From: an uncultured Acidobacteriota bacterium
Lineage (GTDB): Bacteria; Acidobacteriota; Thermoanaerobaculia; Gp7-AA8
Direction: 5' to 3'
DNA length: 64,000 nt
NCBI GenBank assembly: GCA_963822445.1
Contig: CAWGHO010000001.1
Coordinates: 1,216,001-1,280,000, forward strand
The translations under genes were made by a program, and so were the position numbers. Below the pieces are notes generated by a model. That model was not told the origin of the DNA. It saw nothing but the letters and a program-made list of their open reading frames with translations, and did not search any database. Shown piece by piece: positions 30,968 through 40,607 of the stretch. Numbering within the stretch: the first letter of the stretch is position 1; each line of letters opens with the position of its first letter.

Positions 30968-32718
30968 GCGCCGATGATCGTCCGCGGGCCCATTTGTGCG
31001 ACCTCGGAGCGCGGACTGATGAGGAGCCATGGACTGGCGACTTCCGACCGGACGATCTCCGGCAGGATCGGCGTGAGCATCAACATATTGATCCGTGGAT
31101 CTCTGGTAAACGGCTGCCGCAGAATCGCGAGCAACTCCGCATGATCGGGATGCGACGGCGAGGTCACGTCGGCTTTCGCGAAAACGCTCTCGTCGAACGA
31201 GCCGTAATTCGTCAGACGCTGCAGCCAGATGCTGTCGACGCCGAGACGGTCGCCGAGGGCGATGAAGTCGGGAAGCTCGCGGAAGTTGTCGGCCTGGACG
31301 ACGAAGTTGATCTGCAGACGGCGGATCTCCCCGGACGCGCGCATCCGCGCGATCAGCTCCAGGTTTTCCATGAGCACGTTCCACTTGCCGGGGCGGCGCA
31401 GCCGCTCGTAGGTCTCGGCCCGGGCGGCGTCGATGGAGATCGAAAGATTGCCGATCATCTCCGGCAGCTCGGGGAACTCGGCCCATCGCTTCGCGGTGAG
31501 CAGCTGCGCGTTCGTGATCAGGAAGACATACAGCCCCGGAAAGTCGTTCCGGTTCAGCGAGGCCAGGATCTTCCGGTAGTGCGTGCTCGAGAACGCCTCA
31601 CCGCCGCCGGAGATGTAGGTCATGCCGGTCATTTTGCGCAGGAGCGGGAGCAGCACGCGGTCCGCGGACTCGAGGTAGACCCGCTGCTCGTCGGGTCCGG
31701 CCGTGACGATGCCGGTCCGGCACGACGGGCAGGCCAGGTTGCAGGTCTGGTCGTGATTCATCTCCACCATGCCCGGCGACTCTTCGACGACGAGAGTGCG
31801 CTCGGCGATGTAGCGGAGCAGAAGGGGATCGGTGACCTCCGTTTTTTTCGGCAGGGAGCGGCCGGCGATGTACGAGCAGAGCGTGCGGCTGCAGTACTTG
31901 AAATCGCCGTCGTGGATGGAGCGCCGGATCTCCACGGCCGCCTCCGAATTCCAGATCGCCTCGGCAGACGGCGCCTCGACCACGTTGCCGACCGGATAGG
32001 GCACCCATGCCGAGCAGGAGCAGGCGAAGGCGTCGCCCCTGAAGCTCGTCGAAAGATGCGTGAACGGCATCGGGCAGAACCTGTCGCTGAGGTCGTAGGC
32101 CGTTTCCGGAACGGCGCGCGCGAGTAACTGCTGCGCGGTCTGACAAACCGCCTGCATCCGCAGTGCGCGCCGGATGAGCGGCGTTGCTTCGTCCGTTCTG
32201 CCGCGATCGAGGAGCAGTTCGGCATGCACCAGCAGCGCTGCACGATCGTCAGGGGCGTGCTCGGCGACGGCCGCCGCGACCATCGCGGCATCGCCACCGA
32301 ACGGCGGTTCCGGCGCAACGTACTCGGCAAGCGCACGAAGGGCAGCCATGCGAACGGAAATGTCGACGTAGGACTGCATCCCCGCGGGGCGGAAGCTCGC
32401 CTTGGCGATGTGCGAGATCGCGATGAGCGAGTCTAAAAACGCCTTGCGCGCAGTGCCGTCGCCGCTCGTGACGGAGGACGCCAGCGCGCGGAGCCGCACG
32501 GCTTCGAAGGCCAGGAGGCGCATTGCCTGGACCGGCGCGCCGCTGCGTGACTCGAAGTGCATGAACGCGCCGCGGATCGTTTTCAGCGCAGCGCGTCCTC
32601 TGCGCCAGGCCATCGTGGACGCGACTTCGTACCTGACCCGTCCGGCGATCTCCCTCATCAGGAGCCGGGTGGGGGCGGGGATGAGCCGGGTCGCGACACG
32701 CCGGACGGAGGTGGTCAT
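30964..32718 (-). CDS. Radical SAM protein with N-terminal SPASM/twitch-like domain (paralog 1)
   Basis: FCPMPF..ACSC..VGNV..IWNS..IRRSI..CSRTLC, then CNLACPSC, SGGGEAF, ISIDAA..YERLR. Confidence 0.88.
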   Translation of the reverse strand: MTTSVRRVATRLIPAPTRLLMREIAGRVRYEVASTMAWRRGRAALKTIRGAFMHFESRSGAPVQAMRLLAFEAVRLRALASSVTSGDGTARKAFLDSLIAISHIAKASFRPAGMQSYVDISVRMAALRALAEYVAPEPPFGGDAAMVAAAVAEHAPDDRAALLVHAELLLDRGRTDEATPLIRRALRMQAVCQTAQQLLARAVPETAYDLSDRFCPMPFTHLSTSFRGDAFACSCSAWVPYPVGNVVEAPSAEAIWNSEAAVEIRRSIHDGDFKYCSRTLCSYIAGRSLPKKTEVTDPLLLRYIAERTLVVEESPGMVEMNHDQTCNLACPSCRTGIVTAGPDEQRVYLESADRVLLPLLRKMTGMTYISGGGEAFSSTHYRKILASLNRNDFPGLYVFLITNAQLLTAKRWAEFPELPEMIGNLSISIDAARAETYERLRRPGKWNVLMENLELIARMRASGEIRRLQINFVVQADNFRELPDFIALGDRLGVDSIWLQRLTNYGSFDESVFAKADVTSPSHPDHAELLAILRQPFTRDPRINMLMLTPILPEIVRSEVASPWLLISPRSEVAQMGPRTIIGA

Positions 32719-34517
32719 GCGCTGCGAGCCTCGAGCTGCGTGAGGAACGCCGTCATGACCCGCGGATTCCGCATGGCCGGGTCGTGCAGGATGGCTTGAA
32801 ACTCCTCGTGATCCGGATGTGCCGGCGAGGTGATGTCTCTCGATGCGAAGACTTCCGCTGGTTCGTGTCCGAAGCTGTAGTACTTCTGAAAAACGACGCC
32901 GGCGCCGAGCTCCTCGCCGAGCTGGACGAAGGCCGGCATCTCCCGGAAGTTGTCGCTCTGCACGACGAAGTTGATCAGGAACCGATACGGCTGCTCGGTG
33001 TCGAGATGCAGATCGGTGCTGACGGATCGCGTCCCGTCAGCGAGCGAGTTGCGGTTGAACGTCCCGGTGCGATGCAGCTCCCCCATCAGGTCGAGGTTCT
33101 CGCGAATGACTTCCCAGCGTCCGGGGCGGCGCACGTTCTCGTAGGTCGGTTTCGTTGCCGCATCGACCGAGACCCGCAGCTCGACAATCTTTTCGGCGAG
33201 ATGCGGCATCGCCTTCCACGTCTGCGGGGTGAGGCCCAGGCCGTTGGTCAGCATGAACAGACGCACGCCGTCGAACTCCGGCGCGCGCAGAGCTTCGAGG
33301 ATCGACCGGTAATGGCGGCTGGCGAACGGATCGCCCCAGGACGTCATCTGCACGGCGGTCTGCCGGTTGCGCAGCATCGGCAGAATGACCCGGTCGCGGC
33401 CGCGATCCAGCCGCTCGCTCTCCTCTTTGTTGGCCATCATCAGATCGTTGCGACAGGTCGGGCAGGCGAGGTTGCACGAGCTGTCGTGGCCGAGGGCGAC
33501 GATGCGTGGGCCGTCTTCAACGACGGTCTCGCGATTGTCGATGATGCGGCGCAGACGCGGCGCCGTGATTTCTTCGGCGCGTGGCAGCAGGCCGTTCGTG
33601 ATGAAGGGGCACAGCGTCCGGCTGCAGTAGGAGAAATCGCCGTCGAGCACGGACCGCCGCACTTCCTGCATGCCGGGCGAGTTCCAGACGGCATCCGCCG
33701 ATTCGCCTTCCAGCATGTTGCCGGTGACGGCCGGCACCCACGCGGCGCAATCGCAGGCGTAGGTCGAGCCCATCACCTGCTCGGTCGTGCCTTTTGCTTC
33801 GTTCCATTGCAGGCCCTGCCCGCTGACGAGGATTTCGAACGGCCGCGGGCAGAAACGGCCGCGAAGATCGGCCAGGCCGTTCTCTTCCGTCGGAGTGAGC
33901 GTTGCGCCGGCGTTCCGCCGTGCGCGCAATGCGTCCATGAGGAGTTTCTGCGACGTGGGACAGGCGGACATGATGTCGAGTGCGCGACGCGCGTACGTGG
34001 CCGCGTCGTCATGCCGTACGGCGTCCAGCATGCGCCGGCCGGCGGCGAGGAGCGCTTCGCGTCCGCTTCCGCCCGCGTTCGCAAGGCGCATCGCAACATC
34101 CATCTCGTCCAGCGACAGCTCCTCCGCGATCGACCGCAGAAGAGCGTCGAAAACGGCCAGGGTCGCATTGATGTCGCAGTACGCGCGGACCCTGGTGCCT
34201 TTCGTGGTGATCGCGGCGCAGAACGTCAGCTCGTCGAGTGCGTGAGAAAGCTGGTACGCGAACCGGCTCTCGTCGAGCACCGCTGGCCCCTTTTCGAGCC
34301 CGGCCAGGGCCGCCGACAGTCGCGGCGCGACCCTTTCGAGAACTTCGCTGACGTGCGCGGGGCCGCGTTCACTGACCAGCAGCGATGCGACGTTCTTCTT
34401 CAGCCACGACCCCGACCGGCGCCGCCATGCGGGCGTCCGGAGCAGACGCGTACCACGCACAGCCAGGTTCCAATATTGGCGCATGAACGACGAATCATAC
34501 CGTGCGCGTGCGCTCAT
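32715..34517 (-). CDS. Radical SAM protein with N-terminal SPASM/twitch-like domain (paralog 2)
   Basis: FCPRPF..ACDC..TGNM..VWNS..VRRSV..CSRTLC, then CNLACPTC, WGDPFAS, VSVDAA..YENVR. Confidence 0.88.
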   Translation of the reverse strand: MSARARYDSSFMRQYWNLAVRGTRLLRTPAWRRRSGSWLKKNVASLLVSERGPAHVSEVLERVAPRLSAALAGLEKGPAVLDESRFAYQLSHALDELTFCAAITTKGTRVRAYCDINATLAVFDALLRSIAEELSLDEMDVAMRLANAGGSGREALLAAGRRMLDAVRHDDAATYARRALDIMSACPTSQKLLMDALRARRNAGATLTPTEENGLADLRGRFCPRPFEILVSGQGLQWNEAKGTTEQVMGSTYACDCAAWVPAVTGNMLEGESADAVWNSPGMQEVRRSVLDGDFSYCSRTLCPFITNGLLPRAEEITAPRLRRIIDNRETVVEDGPRIVALGHDSSCNLACPTCRNDLMMANKEESERLDRGRDRVILPMLRNRQTAVQMTSWGDPFASRHYRSILEALRAPEFDGVRLFMLTNGLGLTPQTWKAMPHLAEKIVELRVSVDAATKPTYENVRRPGRWEVIRENLDLMGELHRTGTFNRNSLADGTRSVSTDLHLDTEQPYRFLINFVVQSDNFREMPAFVQLGEELGAGVVFQKYYSFGHEPAEVFASRDITSPAHPDHEEFQAILHDPAMRNPRVMTAFLTQLEARSA

Positions 34518-35128
34518 GCGACCCGCCTGAGGTAGCCGTCGACGTTCCAGGTCACGTTGTGCCCGTAGTAATCGCAGAACGTGCGATCGATCTCGTATCG
34601 CCCGCCTGAGCGCGCGAGAAACTCATGGATCGCGCGAAGCGGCCCGCCGTCGTATGTCTCTGCAACGCGCATGGCCGTGAGGATGCCGTCCTCGATCACG
34701 ATGTACTCGCCCGGCCGCAGCCAGCGATCGAAGAAATCGAGCACGGCCGTGGTGGTGCCGGCGAGATGGCTGGAGTCCTCGACCACGAGAAGCGGCCGCG
34801 CGAACGACTCCATCACATCCGGAGTCAGCACGTCGCCGAGACGTTGTGCATCGCCTCGAAGAAATCGCGCGGATGGATGCGACACGTCTGTCGGCGTCTC
34901 GAGGTCGATCGATAGCACCTGCAGGCCAGGCCGCTGGTCGGCGAACCAGAGCGCGCTCCCGCCGGCGTGCGTGCCGATCTCGATGAGCGTTGCCGGCCGC
35001 GCGCGCTCGAGCAGCATCGCGTAGAGCGCGAGATCGAACGGATTCTTCAGCATCGGAACGCCGCGGTAGCGGTAGCTCATCGTGCCCTGCTGAATCTTCA
35101 TCAGCAGCTCGTAGGGAATGTCGGTCAC
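34514..35128 (-). CDS. CmcI (cephalosporin hydroxylase)-family methyltransferase-like protein
   Basis: YRGVPMLKNPFDL, IEIGTHAGGSA, VEDSSH, PGEYIVIEDG, GPLRAI. Confidence 0.88.
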   Translation of the reverse strand: MTDIPYELLMKIQQGTMSYRYRGVPMLKNPFDLALYAMLLERARPATLIEIGTHAGGSALWFADQRPGLQVLSIDLETPTDVSHPSARFLRGDAQRLGDVLTPDVMESFARPLLVVEDSSHLAGTTTAVLDFFDRWLRPGEYIVIEDGILTAMRVAETYDGGPLRAIHEFLARSGGRYEIDRTFCDYYGHNVTWNVDGYLRRVA

Positions 35129-36567
35129 GACGGCAGCATCTCCAGGAAATGCGCTTTCGCCGAGACGAGCAGATCGCGCTTTCGGCCGCTGAAGCGCGCG
35201 GCGGCGCGATCCATCAGCGCGCTGCGCTCGTCGACGGTGAGGCTGGCGACACTGTGGCGACGCAGCACCGACGGCGGAATCGCCTTCGTGTTCAGGAACA
35301 CCGCGGAGTTCACCTCCGTGTCGCAGACATACTCGAAGTAATCGGCGTACAGCTCCATCGTCACGTGCAGCCAGGCCACCCAGTGATGGTAGAGATAGTC
35401 CTGCTGCACGACCAGCGAGCGGCCGGGGATGAGGTGCGGGAAGAACTGCCAGGTCACCCAGTCCGAGACCGTCCAGTGCTTGGCGATGTCGATGAAGAGA
35501 ATCTCGATCGGCCCGCCGGTCCACTGCTGATCCATCACATCGCCGGCGTGCACTTCCACGAGGTCGGCGTACGGAGCGATGTTGCTGTCGAACTGCTCGC
35601 GGACGCTCGTTCCCGCCGCGACGTGCTCCGGAAAGTACACGCCTCGCATCCACTCCTCGACCTCGAACCGGTCGTACGAGTGGATCGGCTTACCGCTTGC
35701 GGGGCGGGTCCAGCGGCGATTGCGACGCAGGCCCTCGGCGAGGGCGACTGTCGATCCGCCGAGGAACGCGCCGGCGTCGACGATCGCGCCGGCGCCGGTG
35801 TAGACGTCCTGGGCCAGGTAATTCAGCAGCCGAAGCTCGGCGGGAACCAGCATCGTCGGCACGTTCGTGCAGGCCGCCGGCAGCGGCTGCCGGCGCCACT
35901 TCGCGCCGATGCTCTCGGTCGTGTGCGGAACGCGGAAGACGGCCTGCACCGTGTTCGCGTTCTTCAGCACCTTCGGCTCGGTGCGGTTCCAGAGGCGCGT
36001 CATCAGGAAAGCGATCAGCCACGCCGCGGCCTTGCGCAGCCTGCCGCCTTTTTCGCGCGCGTACTCCCAGAGGATCCAGCCGAGCGTCTGCGCGATCGAG
36101 TGCACCGGCAGCAGCTCGACGACTTCCAGCCCGGCGTTGCTCCCGAGCTGCGCCAATCCGTCGGCGGTGTAGCGCCGGTAATCGTCGGGCGAGGCGTGAT
36201 ACGGCTGCAGGAACGGCACCGTCACGACGAGGTACCCGCCCTTGCGCACCACGCGCGCGAGCTCCTCGATCCCGCGCTCGGCATCGAAGACGTGCTCGAG
36301 GACCGCGTTGCAAAGCGCGGAGTCGAAGCTCCCGTCGGCGAACGGCATCGACTCGATCGGCCCGAGGATCACGTCTGGCTCCGTCGAGGCGATGTCGTAG
36401 CGGGTCAGCTCCGTCACGCCGTGCGCGCGCAGGAAGGCCGTGATGTCGCGCATGCCGCAGCCCGCGTTCAGCATCCGCCCGGAGAGATAGCGCGCGACCG
36501 GCTTCAGCTCCTGTTCGAGAGATTGAAAGTGGATCGGGCTGACGAAGGAAAGCTTCAAGAAGGGCAC
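35125..36567 (-). CDS. Tandem two-domain class I SAM methyltransferase
   Basis: Domain 1: LNAGCG, MPFADGSFD, VLEHV, PDDYRRYT; domain 2: IVDAGAFLGGST, ILFIDIAK, VVQQDY. Confidence 0.85.
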   Translation of the reverse strand: MPFLKLSFVSPIHFQSLEQELKPVARYLSGRMLNAGCGMRDITAFLRAHGVTELTRYDIASTEPDVILGPIESMPFADGSFDSALCNAVLEHVFDAERGIEELARVVRKGGYLVVTVPFLQPYHASPDDYRRYTADGLAQLGSNAGLEVVELLPVHSIAQTLGWILWEYAREKGGRLRKAAAWLIAFLMTRLWNRTEPKVLKNANTVQAVFRVPHTTESIGAKWRRQPLPAACTNVPTMLVPAELRLLNYLAQDVYTGAGAIVDAGAFLGGSTVALAEGLRRNRRWTRPASGKPIHSYDRFEVEEWMRGVYFPEHVAAGTSVREQFDSNIAPYADLVEVHAGDVMDQQWTGGPIEILFIDIAKHWTVSDWVTWQFFPHLIPGRSLVVQQDYLYHHWVAWLHVTMELYADYFEYVCDTEVNSAVFLNTKAIPPSVLRRHSVASLTVDERSALMDRAAARFSGRKRDLLVSAKAHFLEMLPS

Positions 36568-36573
36568 CGGCGA

Positions 36574-37785
36574 TTATGGCATGTGGCGGATGACCGCCGA
36601 AATGTCGGCCAGGCCGACGTAATGGCGCGGCACGGAGACGGTGAGATGCAGCACGTGGACGCGCGTGTCGAGGACGCTGATCGCGCCGCCCGCCAGCTCG
36701 AAGGCCGAGACGTCGATGAAGACGTCGCCCACGCCGACGTCCAGGCGGAACGACACCTCGACGCGGCGCCGCTCCCCCGCGAACGCGGGCACTGCCGCGA
36801 CGCCGAGCATGACCGTGGTGGTCATGTAGATGCGCGTTCCTTCTTTCGTCGAGCAGGCGAAGCCGAACTGAGGCGCTTCGACGTCGCGGGAGAAGTCGAC
36901 GTCGAACACGAGCCGCGCCGTCTCGCCGGCGGTGAACGACGTCGCTTCCTGCGAGCCGTTGCGGTAGGCCACGACGTGCGAGATCGTCGCGCCGCCCAGA
37001 CCATACCGGGGCTCGCCGCCGATGGCCGTCGTCCGCTCAGGTTGCTCCGGCGCGGAGAAGAAAAGCTCGTAGTAACGGTCGACGGCGCGGCCCGGCTCGC
37101 CGTCGAAGGCGATGCGGCCATGGTCGAGCACCAGCGCGCGATCGCAGATCGCGGTCAGGCCATGCATCACGTGGGTGACCAGCAGGATGGTCGTGCCGCG
37201 TTCGCGCATCTCGCGCAAACGGCCGTAGCACTTCTGCTGGAATCGCGCATCGCCAACAGCCAGCACTTCGTCGATCAGCAGAATGTCAGGCTCCTCGGCC
37301 GCCGCGCACGCAAACGCGAGCCGCAGGAACATGCCCGACGAGTACGTGCGCACCGGACGATCGAAAAACTCGCCGAGCTCGGCGAAGGCCTCCACCTCTC
37401 GCTCGCGAGCCAGCGGATCGCCCTCATCACGCGCGATGAGCCGATGATAGAAACGCGCGTTCTCGCGGCCGGTCAGCTCGGGAAGAAAGCTCCCGCCGAG
37501 GTCGAGCAGCGCCGTGACGCGGCCATCCACGGTGACGCGACCCGACGATGGATCCAGCAGTCCCGCGACCAGATGCAACAGCGTCGATTTGCCGACGCCG
37601 TTGGCGCCGATGACGGCCACGCTCTCCCCGCGGCTCACCGAGAAACTGACGTCGTCGAGCACCGGGACCGCGACGTCGTGCCGCCGCCCGAACGGCCAGA
37701 AGATGTCGAACAGGCGATGAATCGGCGAGCGGTAATGGCGGAACTGCTTCGACACCTGGTCGAACTGCAACGCGATCCCGGTCAT
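36574..37785 (-). CDS. wzt: Polysaccharide ABC transporter ATPase with Wzt C-terminal domain
   Basis: GANGVGKST, ELTGREN, YSSGMFLRLAF, IDEVLAVGD; C-terminal beta-rich domain. Confidence 0.92.
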   Translation of the reverse strand: MTGIALQFDQVSKQFRHYRSPIHRLFDIFWPFGRRHDVAVPVLDDVSFSVSRGESVAVIGANGVGKSTLLHLVAGLLDPSSGRVTVDGRVTALLDLGGSFLPELTGRENARFYHRLIARDEGDPLAREREVEAFAELGEFFDRPVRTYSSGMFLRLAFACAAAEEPDILLIDEVLAVGDARFQQKCYGRLREMRERGTTILLVTHVMHGLTAICDRALVLDHGRIAFDGEPGRAVDRYYELFFSAPEQPERTTAIGGEPRYGLGGATISHVVAYRNGSQEATSFTAGETARLVFDVDFSRDVEAPQFGFACSTKEGTRIYMTTTVMLGVAAVPAFAGERRRVEVSFRLDVGVGDVFIDVSAFELAGGAISVLDTRVHVLHLTVSVPRHYVGLADISAVIRHMP

Positions 37786-40607
37786 CGCCGCACCCATGTG
37801 CGCAGCCGTCTGAGCGCCCATCGCGCCGCGCGCAGCGCGAACGTGAAGCCGGAGTCGACCGCCGCGACGGCGAGTGTCTTCCCCCATCCGCTCGGCGAGT
37901 GACGTGCTGCGGCGTCGTAGCCGGCGGCGAGGATGTAGTAGCGATCGTTGGCCGACGTTTCACCGTATGGCGCGATGCGCGCGGGAAGCGAGCTGCGGAC
38001 GTCGATGGAAACCGTTTGCGGCCGTTCGACGACCGGCTCGGGATAGGGCCAGATGCGCTCGCCGCGCGTGACGCAGAAGTCTGCGAGGCCGAGGAAGGGA
38101 GATTCGATCGCCAGCGCGCGGCCTTCAATCGCACGTTGAAACATCTCGCGACGCACGATGAGCGCGCCGCCGGACGTGACGCCATCGAGAAGACTCACCG
38201 CGACGCTGCCGCCGAGCGGCGGAACGACACGGATCCCGAAGTTGCCGGTGATGCTGCCCGCGGGCACGAGGCCATCGACGTGCGCGCGGCCGAGGGCGTC
38301 GAGCATTGGCGTGAATGCTTCGGGGAGCAGCGCCACGCCGGAGTGAATCAGCAACACCGCATCCTGGGCGATGCCCGCGAGCTCCGTCGCGATGGCGTCG
38401 TTCTCGGCCGAGAGGAGATCGATGTTCTCGTGGCGCAAGGGCTCGCCGCCGCGGTTGAGGATGATCACGCGATGAATCTGCGGGCAGGCCCACAGCGACT
38501 CGAGCGTGCGCGCGAGCGGGGCGCCGGCGGGATGATCGACGATCGCCGTGACGCTCGAGGCAGGTGATTCCGCATCGACCGCGCCCGGAAGGAGCTCCTG
38601 CCAGTGGGCGTGCATCTCCTTCCAGCTCCGTCGCGTCTCTTCCATTGACACAGCTGGACGCGCGATCCATCCGCCGTGCTCGATCGCACCCTCGAGCGCT
38701 TTGCGCAGCGCTTCGGTCGTGTGTTCAAAGAGCACGTGCTCGCGGTCAGCCTTCTCCACCAGCTCGGGGATGCCGCCGGTGCGTGCCGCGAGAAAGGGGA
38801 TTCCCGCGCCGAGAGTCTCGTAAATCGTGCAGGGCGAGTTGTCGAACGGCGACGGCATGACCGCGAGCTTCTCCCCTTCCCGCAGGTACTGCAGCGCCTC
38901 GGGCTGCCCGAGATCCGTGATCGTCCGAACGGGGAAGCTCCACGCCGCGGCGCGTTTCGCGATGTACTCGAGGCTGGGCATGCCGGCGCAGATCTGCGGC
39001 TTGCCGAGGAATGTGACGGTGATCCCGCGTCGCGCGAGCTCATCGGCCATCGCGTTCACGGCATTGCAGAAGAGGCGCAGACCTTTGCGTTCTTCGAGGC
39101 GTCCGAAGAAAACGATTTCCTTCGGCGGCGCGGTGCGGCCACGCTCAACATCAGACGCGGGCGCTCCCGGCATCACGTACTGCTGGATGTAGGTCTGCCG
39201 CGGCAGCTCGAAACCGCGCGAGGTGACCCAGTCCAGCAGGTAGCGGCTCGGACTCCAGAGCACATCGGCACAGGCGAGGCTGAGCCGCTCCGCGTAATCG
39301 AATGCCGCGCAGGTACGCGTTGCCGGCAGGAAGTGGTTGAGGTCGAAAACCCATCGCGACGGGCTGTGAAGCGCGACCACGAGCAGCGAATCACCGAACG
39401 CGAGGCCGAGCGCCTTCGCGGCGAGGGTTAGGCTTCCATCACCGCAACAGTCATTGAAGTGGATGACGTCGAAGCGGCGCTCGCGCAGCCGCTGGTAGAC
39501 GAGCCAGGGCGTGACGAAGCCGATTTCCTTGAGCGGCCCGTCGATCGTCTTCGTCTCCTCGATCGACAGCGCGATCAGCTCGATGCCCCGCGCGGCGTAA
39601 TGCTTCACCCACGGCGCCAGCCGCACCTCCGGCTGCCAGATCGCGCCTGTGTACAGCACCGTCACCGCGAAACCGTCGGCCCCGAGCATCTCCGCGAGAC
39701 CGGTCATCGACGTACCGACACCGCCGTTGTTGAACGGTCCGATCAGCTCGTTCGTGACGATGCAGATGGAAGGCCGGGAGGGCGCGTCGCGGTAGGTGCG
39801 ATCGCGCAGCGACGGGTAATCAGCCCGCGCGCGCAACTGCACGTCGATTCCCGAGATCGGCAGGCCGGCCACATGCGGCGGAAGCTGCCAGGCCACGTCG
39901 GGATCGGGCACGTGCGCGACCGGTGTGACGTCGCCGCGCCAGGCCATGGCCATGATCTGCGCCGTTTGATACACGACGACGTTGAAGCCTTTTTCCTTCA
40001 GGAATCGCAGCGCCGCCGTCACCGCCGGCGAAGCGAGATCGTGAAAAACGAACGCACAATCCTCGGCTGCATACGACAGCGCGGCCGCGGTATCGCGCAG
40101 CGGCGCGGGCGATTCGTGATCGCCGTCGATGAAGAACAGGCTCCAGCGCTGGTTCAACTCCGCGATGGACTCCGGGCTGCGGCCGCGCACGAGGTTCACC
40201 CGCTCGGCGACGCCGCAGCCGCGCAGTGAGTCTTCCACCGAGGCGCGGATGATCGGGTCTTCGTGCGCGGGATCGATCACGTCGAGCTGAACGCCGGCCA
40301 TGGCAAGGTGGCACGTCGACCATCCGAGCCAGCTCCCGATCTCCAGCGCGCGTTTGCCGGCGAACTGCAGGGCGATGTTGTGCAGCAGGACCGCTTCATC
40401 GCGGTTGAGGAAGCCCATGAGCGGGAAGCGTTCGTCGGCATACCAGCGGTGGGGCACGTCGCGGCGAAGGTACTTCCAGGGATGGTGCAGCGGATCGCCC
40501 GGCCGCATGTGCGGGAAGGCGTCGTCGAGCCGCACGACGCTCAGCCCCGGGGAGATGTAGTCGTAGAGCGACCAGGTCGCCTCGTCGGTCGGCGTGGTTA
40601 GAGGCAT
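37782..40607 (-). CDS. Methyltransferase-GT4 glycosyltransferase fusion with GT2-like C-terminal region
   Basis: ALEIGSWLGWS, FFIDGDH; NGGVGT, VFFGRLEERKG, PSPFDNSPCTIYE, GGIPEL. Confidence 0.85.
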   Translation of the reverse strand: MPLTTPTDEATWSLYDYISPGLSVVRLDDAFPHMRPGDPLHHPWKYLRRDVPHRWYADERFPLMGFLNRDEAVLLHNIALQFAGKRALEIGSWLGWSTCHLAMAGVQLDVIDPAHEDPIIRASVEDSLRGCGVAERVNLVRGRSPESIAELNQRWSLFFIDGDHESPAPLRDTAAALSYAAEDCAFVFHDLASPAVTAALRFLKEKGFNVVVYQTAQIMAMAWRGDVTPVAHVPDPDVAWQLPPHVAGLPISGIDVQLRARADYPSLRDRTYRDAPSRPSICIVTNELIGPFNNGGVGTSMTGLAEMLGADGFAVTVLYTGAIWQPEVRLAPWVKHYAARGIELIALSIEETKTIDGPLKEIGFVTPWLVYQRLRERRFDVIHFNDCCGDGSLTLAAKALGLAFGDSLLVVALHSPSRWVFDLNHFLPATRTCAAFDYAERLSLACADVLWSPSRYLLDWVTSRGFELPRQTYIQQYVMPGAPASDVERGRTAPPKEIVFFGRLEERKGLRLFCNAVNAMADELARRGITVTFLGKPQICAGMPSLEYIAKRAAAWSFPVRTITDLGQPEALQYLREGEKLAVMPSPFDNSPCTIYETLGAGIPFLAARTGGIPELVEKADREHVLFEHTTEALRKALEGAIEHGGWIARPAVSMEETRRSWKEMHAHWQELLPGAVDAESPASSVTAIVDHPAGAPLARTLESLWACPQIHRVIILNRGGEPLRHENIDLLSAENDAIATELAGIAQDAVLLIHSGVALLPEAFTPMLDALGRAHVDGLVPAGSITGNFGIRVVPPLGGSVAVSLLDGVTSGGALIVRREMFQRAIEGRALAIESPFLGLADFCVTRGERIWPYPEPVVERPQTVSIDVRSSLPARIAPYGETSANDRYYILAAGYDAAARHSPSGWGKTLAVAAVDSGFTFALRAARWALRRLRTWVRR

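Noticed and set aside
30964-34517. RiPP maturation by SPASM radical SAM enzymes
   Set aside because: No precursor peptide, RRE/PqqD domain or peptidase is visible, and the context is entirely glycan export and methylation.
34990-37902. Long antisense ORFs (also 21043-23943, 6442-8616, 32784-34535, 61096-62508)
   Set aside because: Shadow frames of GC-rich genes, with Arg/Ala/Gly-rich translations lacking motifs, opposite well-supported CDSs.
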